The translations under genes were made by a program, and so were the position numbers. A stretch of DNA of 62,340 nucleotides, filler included. It is 5 parts of 5 records of this genome, joined end to end, with 100 filler letters (N's around TTAATTAATTAA, not from the genome) between each part and the next. Parts side by side here need not be neighbours in the genome. Positions count along the whole stretch, not along the records: positions 32,569 to 56,750 come from SRR31156797_7458; 4 more parts are not named here. One strand, given 5' to 3'. How positions within the stretch are numbered: the first letter of the stretch is position 1; each line of letters opens with the position of its first letter. The notes beneath the pieces were generated by a model, which saw only the letters and a program-made list of their open reading frames with translations, made no database searches and was not told where the DNA came from. Of the stretch, positions 38,386 to 46,899 are shown in pieces.

Positions 38386-39474
38386 CTAAATAAACTCTTC
38401 TCCTTTGGTAATTTTTACATCGTTCACAATTTTTCTTATTTCCTGTTCGTCTCTCTTTCTACAAATCAGTAAAGTTTTATCCGTATCAACTACGATGTAA
38501 TCTTTCAAACCTTGAACAACAACAAGTTTTTTGTCTTTTGCATTAATCAAACAATCCTTCGATTCGTATATCATTACATTTTCACCCTGAATTGCATTTT
38601 GATTATTATCCTTAGACGAATGCTCATACATAGAACCCCAGGTTCCCAAATCTGACCAACCAAACTCTGTACAGTAAACAAACACATTATCCGATTTTTC
38701 AAGAATACCATAATCAATTGAGATGTTCTGACATTCCGGATAAATCTTATCAATGGCTTCTTGTTCTTTGTCAGTGTCCAGGTCACTCAAAATCGAATCA
38801 AAAAGAGAATTCACATCTGGTAAAAATTTACCAAATGATTCTTGAATAGCATCTAAAGACCAAATAAAAATACCTGAATTCCAGAAAAACTCACCAGATT
38901 CATAAAAAATCTTAGCCAGGTCTAAATGAGGTTTCTCCGTAAAAGTTTTAACCGGTAATATGTCTACTTCACCTCCATTGGGCTTCTTGCCAACCTGAAT
39001 ATATCCATATCCAGTTTCAGGACGAGAAGGCTTCATTCCTAAAGTCAATAATTTATTATCATCCTTAACAAATTGAATTCCTTCCTTAATTACATCAATA
39101 AATTTCACCTCATTTAAAATGAGATGATCTGCTGGTGTAACAATTATTGAAGCATTAGCATTTCTTTTAAGAATTTTAAAGTTGGCATAGGCGATACATG
39201 GTGCAGTATTTCTTCTTAAAGGTTCTAATAAAACCTGATCTTCCTTCATTTCCGGAATTTGCTCAAGTACCAAATCTTTATAAATGGCATTGGTTACTAC
39301 CAAAAAGTTCTCAACCGGACAAACAGAAGCAAACCTTTCAAAAGTATGCCGTATCAAAGTTTTTCCAGTACCTAAAATATCAAGAAATTGTTTTGGACGA
39401 AGATTTTTACTTAAAGGCCAGAAGCGAGATCCAACTCCGCCTGCCATGATTACACAATAATTGTTAGTATCCAT
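38386..39474 (-). CDS. manC: mannose-1-phosphate guanylyltransferase
   Basis: VIMAGGVGSRFWPLS...PKQF, EPLRRNTAP, PADH, PETGYGYI, WNSGIF, SIDYGILEK, WSDLGTW; start moved to ATG 39474. Confidence 0.92.
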   Translation of the reverse strand: MDTNNYCVIMAGGVGSRFWPLSKNLRPKQFLDILGTGKTLIRHTFERFASVCPVENFLVVTNAIYKDLVLEQIPEMKEDQVLLEPLRRNTAPCIAYANFKILKRNANASIIVTPADHLILNEVKFIDVIKEGIQFVKDDNKLLTLGMKPSRPETGYGYIQVGKKPNGGEVDILPVKTFTEKPHLDLAKIFYESGEFFWNSGIFIWSLDAIQESFGKFLPDVNSLFDSILSDLDTDKEQEAIDKIYPECQNISIDYGILEKSDNVFVYCTEFGWSDLGTWGSMYEHSSKDNNQNAIQGENVMIYESKDCLINAKDKKLVVVQGLKDYIVVDTDKTLLICRKRDEQEIRKIVNDVKITKGEEFI

Positions 39475-39627
39475 ATTGATATTTAATGATATGCAGATAA
39501 AAATAAGATATTCTAAAATACTGAAATCTAAAAACAAATCAAAAAGAGAAATGCTTTTACTTAGCAGAATATTAGATTCAAAAAGGTAAATAAATAATTT
39601 GTATTTTTATCGTAAACAATAATACAT

Positions 39628-40368
39628 ATGAACTTGTTTGAACACGTAGGAAAATTCTCCAGATTCTTAATTTTAGTAGTTTCAAAACCGGAAAAAGGTA
39701 GATTATTTTTCACCCAAATAATTCGAGAAATACACAAGTTAGGTATCAATTCTATTGGTATTGTTGTGATCATTTCTCTTTTTATGGGAGCTGTAATTGC
39801 CTTGCAAACCGCATACAATTTAATGAATCCTTTTTTACCTGATTATTTGGTTGGATATACAACGAGAGAGTCAATGATTCTGGAATTTTCATCCACAATT
39901 GTTGGCTTAATTTTAGCTGGAAAAGTTGGATCTAATATTGCCTCTGAAATTGGATCAATGAGAGTTACGGAGCAGATCGATGCTTTGGAAATAATGGGAA
40001 TTAATTCAGCAAGTTATTTAATTTTACCAAAAATTGTAGCTGCAGTTTTTATTAATCCATTTTTATATGTTTTAAGTGTATTTGTGGGAATTTTAGGAGG
40101 TTTAACTGCAAGTTATCTAACAGGTACAGTTCCCTTATCCGAATTTATTTATGGTACCCAATTCGGTTTTATTCCTTACTATATTTCCTATTCGTTGATT
40201 AAAACAATTGTTTTCGCATTTATAATTACTGCTGTTCCTTCCTATTATGGTTATTACGTAAAAGGAGGAGCTTTAGAGGTTGGTAAAGCAAGTACAAAAG
40301 CTGTTGTAAATAGTAGTATTCTAATTCTTCTTGCTAACGTTATTCTTACCCAAATTCTCTTAAAATGA
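39628..40368 (+). CDS. mlaE: MlaE-family ABC permease
   Basis: FMGAVIALQ, LAGKVGSNIASEIGSMRVTEQIDALEIMG, GGALEVGKASTKAVV. Confidence 0.9.
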   Translation: MNLFEHVGKFSRFLILVVSKPEKGRLFFTQIIREIHKLGINSIGIVVIISLFMGAVIALQTAYNLMNPFLPDYLVGYTTRESMILEFSSTIVGLILAGKVGSNIASEIGSMRVTEQIDALEIMGINSASYLILPKIVAAVFINPFLYVLSVFVGILGGLTASYLTGTVPLSEFIYGTQFGFIPYYISYSLIKTIVFAFIITAVPSYYGYYVKGGALEVGKASTKAVVNSSILILLANVILTQILLK

Positions 40369-41117
40369 TTAAACTAGATAAGGTAAATAAATCATTTGAT
40401 GACAAAAAAGTCCTTAATGATATCTCCATAATTTTTGAAGAAGGTAAAACCAACTTAATAATTGGTCAGAGTGGATCGGGAAAAACCGTTTTATTAAAAT
40501 CTATTATAGGACTGCATGAAGTCGATTCTGGTGGAATATTTTACAACGATCGTGATTTCACAAAACTAAACCTAAAAAGCAGAAAAAATATCAGAAAAGA
40601 AATGGGTATGGTTTTTCAGGGCGGTGCTCTTTTCGATTCATTAAATGTAGAACAGAATGTCTTATTCCCACTTGATATGTTTTCGGATATGTCGAAAAAT
40701 GAAAAACAAGACAGAGTGAATTTCTGTTTAAACCGGGTTGATATTAAAAATGCCAATCACTTGTATCCATCAGAAATTAGTGGTGGTATGCAAAAACGAG
40801 TTGCCATAGCCAGAGCTATTGCACTAAATCCTAAATATTTATTTTGCGATGAACCAAATTCAGGTTTAGATCCGGTTACTGCAATAGTTATTGACAATTT
40901 AATACAGGAAATTACCAAAGAATTTAATATCACCACAATTATCAATACTCACGATATGAACTCGGTTATGGAAATTGGTGAAAATATCTTATTTATAAGT
41001 AAAGGATTCAAAGCCTGGCAAGGTCATAAAAGTGAAATTTTTGATACCGATAATAAGGATTTAAACAATTTCGTATTTGCCTCTGAATTGTATAAAAAGA
41101 TTAAAAAATCGATCTAA
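40365..41117 (+). CDS. mlaF: MlaF-family ABC ATP-binding protein
   Basis: Walker A GQSGSGKT, VFQGGALFDS, ISGGMQKR, FCDEPNSGLDP, THD. Confidence 0.9.
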   Translation: MIKLDKVNKSFDDKKVLNDISIIFEEGKTNLIIGQSGSGKTVLLKSIIGLHEVDSGGIFYNDRDFTKLNLKSRKNIRKEMGMVFQGGALFDSLNVEQNVLFPLDMFSDMSKNEKQDRVNFCLNRVDIKNANHLYPSEISGGMQKRVAIARAIALNPKYLFCDEPNSGLDPVTAIVIDNLIQEITKEFNITTIINTHDMNSVMEIGENILFISKGFKAWQGHKSEIFDTDNKDLNNFVFASELYKKIKKSI

Positions 41118-41186
41118 GCATATCCAAAATTAATCTTTACCATTCCATTTCTTATCTTTGTACTATATTAACAAAGCAAATTTTCG

Positions 41187-42020
41187 ATGAATAAATTCTT
41201 TCTGATTGTAAGTATTGTATTTACGGTATTTTTCATTTCGTGCACCGAAACGAAAAAAGAGAAACCAAAACTAAATAAAGAGGAATTCACAAAGCTATTG
41301 ATTGACATTCATATGGCTGACGGAATTTTATCTGCTCAAAACATTTATCGATCAGGAAGTAATCACCGACCTAGCTATTACTACAATTCTATTTATAAAA
41401 AATACAACTTAAACAAAGCAGAATTCGATTCTTGCATTGCTTATTATGCCGATAACGCAAATAACTTCACCAAAATTTATGATGTTGTAATTGATTCTCT
41501 AAATCGATTGGAGACTCAATATCGTATTGACATTAAAAATGCAAAGTTAGAACAAGACACCGTTAATTTGTGGAGAAAAAAGACACATTACATAGTTCCA
41601 AAAAATGGCAAACCACAATTCGATTTTTCTATTCTTGTAAATCAAAAAGGAATTTATACAGTTTCTGCAGATATTCGAATCTTCTCAAAAGATCAGTCTG
41701 AGAATCCTCAGATGACTGCTTCATTCTGGAAAAATGACACATTAAACGGACCTCAGGAAGTTCATTTTGAACCATTGAAAATTACTCGAGACTCTATTTT
41801 TAGAAATTATTCCATACAACTTGAATATCCCGACACTACCTACACTACATTAAAAGGGAATATATTTTCCTGGGATAATGATTTGCAACAATTTACACAA
41901 GACTATGAAATAAAAAACATTAAAATATACAATCCCGAAATAAAACCAGATAGTCTTGAATTGGAGCGTGAAATTGATCGTCATTTAAACTTTCAAAGTC
42001 TTAAAGAAATAAAAAGATGA
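41187..42020 (+). CDS. DUF4296-like lipoprotein
   Basis: Lipobox FISC; LLIDIHMADG, IYKKY....EFDS...YY pattern; TATCTTTG Bacteroidota -7 element at 41153-41160. Confidence 0.7.
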   Translation: MNKFFLIVSIVFTVFFISCTETKKEKPKLNKEEFTKLLIDIHMADGILSAQNIYRSGSNHRPSYYYNSIYKKYNLNKAEFDSCIAYYADNANNFTKIYDVVIDSLNRLETQYRIDIKNAKLEQDTVNLWRKKTHYIVPKNGKPQFDFSILVNQKGIYTVSADIRIFSKDQSENPQMTASFWKNDTLNGPQEVHFEPLKITRDSIFRNYSIQLEYPDTTYTTLKGNIFSWDNDLQQFTQDYEIKNIKIYNPEIKPDSLELEREIDRHLNFQSLKEIKR

Positions 42021-42823
42021 GAAAGGTAACTGCAAATTACGTCTTTCCTTTAAGTTCAAAACCACTTAAAAATGGCATTATAGTTCTTGATAATGATAAT
42101 CGTATTGTTGACTTAATTGATACCAAGGGACAGTTAAAAGAAATTCAGAATTTAGAATTTTACGGTGGAATTATAGTTCCCGGATTTGTAGATGCTTTTT
42201 GTATGTTATCCTGGAGTATATTCACAATACATGACTTTTTAGATTGCATAGAAGATAATTTTACTGAAAGTTTAAAACTTAAAACATCTAGTTTACTTCC
42301 AGATACGAATTCTGTACAAAGAGGTATCAATCATTTAGAAGCATTTGGAACCAAAGGAGCAGCTGATTTTTATCCTACTGCTACTAATGAAAATTTAAAA
42401 GCAAAATCGAAAATTCAATTTAGGAATGTAGGTGTTGAAAACTTTAAATTTGATTTGAAAGCATCTTTGAATACAGTCGATGAAAAAGATCACTCGCCAG
42501 TTCTTATCAATCAACACACAGTTAAATTCATCAAAAATATTACTAAAAATAATAGCCGATTCTGTATCGGTACCGGATCATTGCAAACACACAATTTACT
42601 CTCTGTATTTGATGAGATGAAATACCTTCAAGAAAAATATCCTCAAATTGAATTTGAAGAACTATTAAAATGGGGAAGTTTAAACCCAGCAAAACATCTT
42701 AATCTTGATTCTGACTTAGGAAGTATTGAAATAGGGAAAAAGCCAGGTTTAAATTTATTAAGTGGTATTGATTTTAAGCTTCAACGCTTCACTCCAGATA
42801 GTTCATTAAAAATACTAATTTAA
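42017..42823 (+). CDS. shortened, degenerate amidohydrolase-family protein
   Basis: PGFVDAFCML (HxH position), IGTGSL, LSVFDEM, NPAK.L, GSIEIGKKPG; only 268 aa. Confidence 0.7.
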   Translation: MRKVTANYVFPLSSKPLKNGIIVLDNDNRIVDLIDTKGQLKEIQNLEFYGGIIVPGFVDAFCMLSWSIFTIHDFLDCIEDNFTESLKLKTSSLLPDTNSVQRGINHLEAFGTKGAADFYPTATNENLKAKSKIQFRNVGVENFKFDLKASLNTVDEKDHSPVLINQHTVKFIKNITKNNSRFCIGTGSLQTHNLLSVFDEMKYLQEKYPQIEFEELLKWGSLNPAKHLNLDSDLGSIEIGKKPGLNLLSGIDFKLQRFTPDSSLKILI

Positions 42824-42834
42824 ACCAATTTGGT

Positions 42835-44124
42835 TTATCCTCTATATTTTACAGCCAAATCTAATAATTCTGTTAGTTTTTCTTCTAAAGTACTGAAAGA
42901 GAAATACTTTTTACCAAGTTCATAATTAAACTCTCCAATCTCACGATTTAGTTTTTCGTTATGAAGAATCTCTTTCATTTCAGCCAAAGCCTGATCTGTA
43001 ATATCATTGTTTTCAAGCATAACTGTTCTAAACCCTTTACTACCAATATCTGGCCAATAAACAGGTTTATAATTATTTACAAAAATTGGGCACTTACCTA
43101 ATACTGATTCGATAAAAGCATTCCCAAATCCCTCATAAGTACTAAAATAAGTACTCGCTTTAGCATGCGCATAAGCATCTGACAAAGAATACGCTTTACT
43201 TCCTTCTATTTGTCTTCTATTGTTCTTTATAATGTGTGATGAAAACATTACCTGACCTTCCAATTTCAGTTCGTGAATCAGGTCAATTAATTCATTGTAG
43301 TACATATTACCCTCATCATCGGAGTGATTTCCAGTAATGACCAATTTTGCCCTGGAATCATCCAACATATGTATCAGTCGGATTGCCGTTTCAATCCCTT
43401 TTCTGCGAACAATTCGTGTAACCTGTGCAAGAATATAATCTTCCTTTTGAAGTCCAATGTTCCGTTTCAAATTGACATTGGTTTCATTAATTTCTCCAAA
43501 AGGTAAATCAAAATTCATTACGTTTGGAACGACAATTGAATTTCTATTAAATCGTTCTGTCAATGTATCTTTACCATAAGTATTAATAACGGCATGAAAT
43601 ACATTCGGCAAGCGCAAAGGAAAATTATCTGCTACAATTTTATTCACCTCTGGATAAGGTGATAAATATCTATCCCCTCGCTCCCAGTAAAAATCATGGT
43701 CATGAGTTATAGTTGGAATTCCAAGAGTAGAAATTGCCTTTTTAATTCCTAAACCCATTTCCAGGTGAGCAGGTAAAGCCGAAGCATTCTCAGAAACCAA
43801 AACCTCAATTTTATGCTCTCTTGCCCAATTGATAATTTTATCACCAATTAAATCAGCATAAAAATGGATATGCTCTAATAGTTCTGATAGATTATTGTCT
43901 GGAAAATGAAAGGCTTTCTTTTGTCCCCAAAAGCCTTCAGGAGAGAAAAATGACATTTCAGGAACCAAAGTTTCAAAATCAGGATCTAGTTTTCTCTCTT
44001 CAAATTGTCCCGATAAAGTAAACACTTCGTGTCCCATTTTTCGAAATACCTTAATCCATTTTTCCGTTTCCAATGCAACACCATCTACTCCACCAATGCG
44101 ACCAATCAAGATTCCAATTCTCAT
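42835..44124 (-). CDS. glycosyltransferase family 4 (mannosylglucosylglycerate-synthase-like)
   Basis: GGVDGVALETEKW, HDHDFYWER, VPNVMNF, TRIVRRKGIE, YEGFGNAFIE. Confidence 0.8.
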   Translation of the reverse strand: MRIGILIGRIGGVDGVALETEKWIKVFRKMGHEVFTLSGQFEERKLDPDFETLVPEMSFFSPEGFWGQKKAFHFPDNNLSELLEHIHFYADLIGDKIINWAREHKIEVLVSENASALPAHLEMGLGIKKAISTLGIPTITHDHDFYWERGDRYLSPYPEVNKIVADNFPLRLPNVFHAVINTYGKDTLTERFNRNSIVVPNVMNFDLPFGEINETNVNLKRNIGLQKEDYILAQVTRIVRRKGIETAIRLIHMLDDSRAKLVITGNHSDDEGNMYYNELIDLIHELKLEGQVMFSSHIIKNNRRQIEGSKAYSLSDAYAHAKASTYFSTYEGFGNAFIESVLGKCPIFVNNYKPVYWPDIGSKGFRTVMLENNDITDQALAEMKEILHNEKLNREIGEFNYELGKKYFSFSTLEEKLTELLDLAVKYRG

Positions 44125-44297
44125 GACATTTTCCTTTTAATTAACTAACCGTTTACGGTCATAAAGACCATTTGTTTCCAGATTTTAAGTGTTTTTTACA
44201 GATGTAGTAATATATTGTTTTTTTGTTTGCTTATTATGGGTAAAAGTATAACTTTAAGTTTCTTACAAAATTGTTTAAAAGAATAAACTAATTAATT

Positions 44298-45194
44298 ATG
44301 TTTAAATTTTCAATCAAAATAACCTGTTTTATATTGATTTTTCTTAATTCGTTTTTAAGTTTTGCTTGTCAAAATAACAAGTCGGCTAATGAAAACGAAA
44401 CTGCTATAAATACAGCTCAACCTCAAAAGTTTGGAACGGTTAAGAATCTTTTTTACAATGTTCCTAATCCTATAGAAGTTACCGAGATAATGAAAAAAAT
44501 GAAGCTACCTTACCAGCCAGATTTAATGAATTCGGTAAATAATGCTGACAACTATTTATCACAGGCTGATATTGCAATTAATATAGGAATATACGGTGCC
44601 GATTTAAGTTATATCCGAATTTACGAACAATTTCAGGACGCAGCCCGATATCTTGCCGTAATAAAGAAATTTACTCGAGAATTGGGAATACCAGAAGAAC
44701 AGGAAAAATACACTGCCCGTAGGGTAGAAGAAAATATTGAAAATCAGGATTCATTGTTAAATATTATTTCAGAAACATTTACAAAATCTGATAGTTACCT
44801 AAAAGAAAATCAAAGGGGAGGAACAGCTGCTTTAATTGTATTTGGAGGATGGATTGAAACCTTATATCTGGCAACAAATATTATCGATTTAAAAGATCCG
44901 CAAAAAGAAATGATAGGCTTAATAGCCCAACAAAAACATTCGGTTAAAAATTTAATTGGACTATTAAGTCAATATCGTAACAATAAAAAAGTGAACGAAA
45001 TTTTACCAGATTTGAAACTGTTGGATGCTAAATTCAGAGAAATTGAACAAGTTAAAAAAACACCATCAAGTTTAAAATCGAAAAATGGTAAAACTATTAT
45101 ACAAAATAAAGTAACACTAAGTGCTTCAAATAAAACCATACAGGAAATTACTGAAATCAATAACAGAATTAGAACCAAACTAACCGAACTGTAA
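44298..45194 (+). CDS. hypothetical lipoprotein
   Basis: Lipobox-like SFAC; PNPIE, AINIGIYGADLSY, GGWIETLY helical protein. Confidence 0.75.
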   Translation: MFKFSIKITCFILIFLNSFLSFACQNNKSANENETAINTAQPQKFGTVKNLFYNVPNPIEVTEIMKKMKLPYQPDLMNSVNNADNYLSQADIAINIGIYGADLSYIRIYEQFQDAARYLAVIKKFTRELGIPEEQEKYTARRVEENIENQDSLLNIISETFTKSDSYLKENQRGGTAALIVFGGWIETLYLATNIIDLKDPQKEMIGLIAQQKHSVKNLIGLLSQYRNNKKVNEILPDLKLLDAKFREIEQVKKTPSSLKSKNGKTIIQNKVTLSASNKTIQEITEINNRIRTKLTEL

Positions 45195-45219
45195 TTATTG
45201 GATTCAAAACTCACTACTT

Positions 45220-45675
45220 ATGAAGATAACTAAACTTACAATATTACTACTCTGTATATTTGCTTTACCTATTGGTTTGGTAGCACAATGTAACGAGTAC
45301 ACCAAAAAAGAATGCATTCCGCAATTATCGCCTTATACATTTAACGGACAATTAAATAGTGCTGTTTTATCGCAAGGAGAAACTGCCGAATTACAGCTTA
45401 CTTTTTACAAAGATCAAGAATATCGAATTCTGGTAAAGGGAGAGGATAATCTTGGAGATTTGCAATTTCAACTGTTCGATACCGAGTACAATTTACTCTA
45501 CGATAATTCGGATGAAGATTATACAAACTTATGGGATTTTATGGTAGAAAGTACAGATGATTTTATCATTAGAGTATTAATTCCGGAAGATGAAACCAAG
45601 GTAGAACTTGAGAGTGGATGTGTTTCCATACTCATTGGTTTTAGAGCATTTGGTTCGAGAACAATTTTCAAATAA
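45220..45675 (+). CDS. hypothetical secreted protein
   Basis: Signal peptide ending LVA-QC; co-oriented with the upstream lipoprotein; followed by a terminator. Confidence 0.75.
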   Translation: MKITKLTILLLCIFALPIGLVAQCNEYTKKECIPQLSPYTFNGQLNSAVLSQGETAELQLTFYKDQEYRILVKGEDNLGDLQFQLFDTEYNLLYDNSDEDYTNLWDFMVESTDDFIIRVLIPEDETKVELESGCVSILIGFRAFGSRTIFK

Positions 45676-45689
45676 AAAGAATTTAAACG

Positions 45690-45720
45690 AAAAAAGGCTG
45701 TCATTCATGACAGCCTTTTT
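45690..45720. terminator. bidirectional terminator
   Basis: AAAAAAGGCTGTCAT-TC-ATGACAGCCTTTTT. Confidence 0.85.
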
Positions 45721-45739
45721 CCGATATATCTTGTACAAT

Positions 45740-46615
45740 TTATTTCAGTAAGAATTTTGAACTACCAATGTGATTACCTTCTGCAAATACATCAACCTTG
45801 TATTCACCGGAAATTAAACTTCCATCATTATCCCAAAAAATAGCAACTTCCAAAGCATCCCCTTCAAAATCGATATCACGCTTTGCAGAGTACACCAATT
45901 TAGTATTTTCAAAATCGAACAATAGGTTTTGTGGATTACCTAAAACAACCTCATCAGGACGAGTTAAACGAACAAAAATTTCTTTAACACCTGTTGGTGC
46001 AGTAATGTTCTTTTGAATGGTAAAACTAGATTTTAGCTTTACTGTTTTAGATATTTTCTTTACAGTTCTGCCTTTTTTATTAATTGGTTCACAAGTAAGA
46101 TTTACTAAATCGAGAGCTGATGCTTTACTGATTACCTCTTTCATATTTTCAGAGGTTTCCTGCAATTTTTCATTTCGTTCTTTAACCCAATTTATTTGCT
46201 TCTTTACTTTTAAATTTTCAGCAGTAAGCAACTGGTTTCTAGTATTTAAAGAATCAATCTGTACAATATAATCTCTCAAAACACCTTTTAGAGTTCCCAA
46301 TTCACGCTTGTATTTATTAATTTCAGCATAAGAATTATTGCGAAACACTCTCATTCTATCCAAAAGCTCAGTAATTTTTTCCTGCTCCATTTTCAGCTGT
46401 ACATTCAAAGTATCGTTACTAGTTTGTAAAGAATCATAGTCCTGAGAAAGTAATTTCAACTCATTCTCTAAACCTAGTTTTTCAGTGGTTATTTCGGCAA
46501 CATACTTCTTGTTTTCTCTATGTTCCATAAAATACATTCCTGCAACAACTAGCAATACTGCTCCTAATCCAACAAGTACTCCTTTATAAACTTTATCCTT
46601 CTTCTCGTTCTCCAT
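45740..46615 (-). CDS. single-TM coiled-coil protein with C-terminal Ig-like region
   Basis: Start moved to ATG 46615; TM GVLVGLGAVLLVVAGMYF; heptad region (IDSLN..NQ.L..EN); GEYKVDVF; TAAATTTG -7 element at 46656-46663 on -. Confidence 0.75.
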   Translation of the reverse strand: MENEKKDKVYKGVLVGLGAVLLVVAGMYFMEHRENKKYVAEITTEKLGLENELKLLSQDYDSLQTSNDTLNVQLKMEQEKITELLDRMRVFRNNSYAEINKYKRELGTLKGVLRDYIVQIDSLNTRNQLLTAENLKVKKQINWVKERNEKLQETSENMKEVISKASALDLVNLTCEPINKKGRTVKKISKTVKLKSSFTIQKNITAPTGVKEIFVRLTRPDEVVLGNPQNLLFDFENTKLVYSAKRDIDFEGDALEVAIFWDNDGSLISGEYKVDVFAEGNHIGSSKFLLK

Positions 46616-46814
46616 GATAACTTTGGTAATTCGGTCCAACTTTTAATGATTCGTGCAAATTTACTTATCTTTTTTAAAATAAGATTCCTTGAAGCTAATT
46701 TGTTTAGCATACAGTAACTAAGCATTACAATTCCTTTAATTTTTGTCTACTTAATGATACTTTAACCAATATGCTTAAAGGTTTCAATTCGTATGCCAAA
46801 TCGAATACAAGTAT

Positions 46815-46853
46815 AAAAAAACGAGATTACCTCAATAAAGAAGCAATCTCGTT
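46815..46853 (-). terminator. intrinsic terminator of the TonB-dependent receptor gene
   Basis: On -: AACGAGATTGCTTC...GAGGTAATCTCGTT followed by a T run. Confidence 0.75.
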
Positions 46854-46899
46854 AAAACTAACCCAAAGTTTTTATTCAATATTTTGTGGAAAATTTCTA

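Noticed and set aside
39628-41117. mlaE-mlaF without adjacent mlaD as an incomplete or novel transporter
   Set aside because: Dispersed mla/mce genes are ordinary; mlaD may simply lie elsewhere in the genome.
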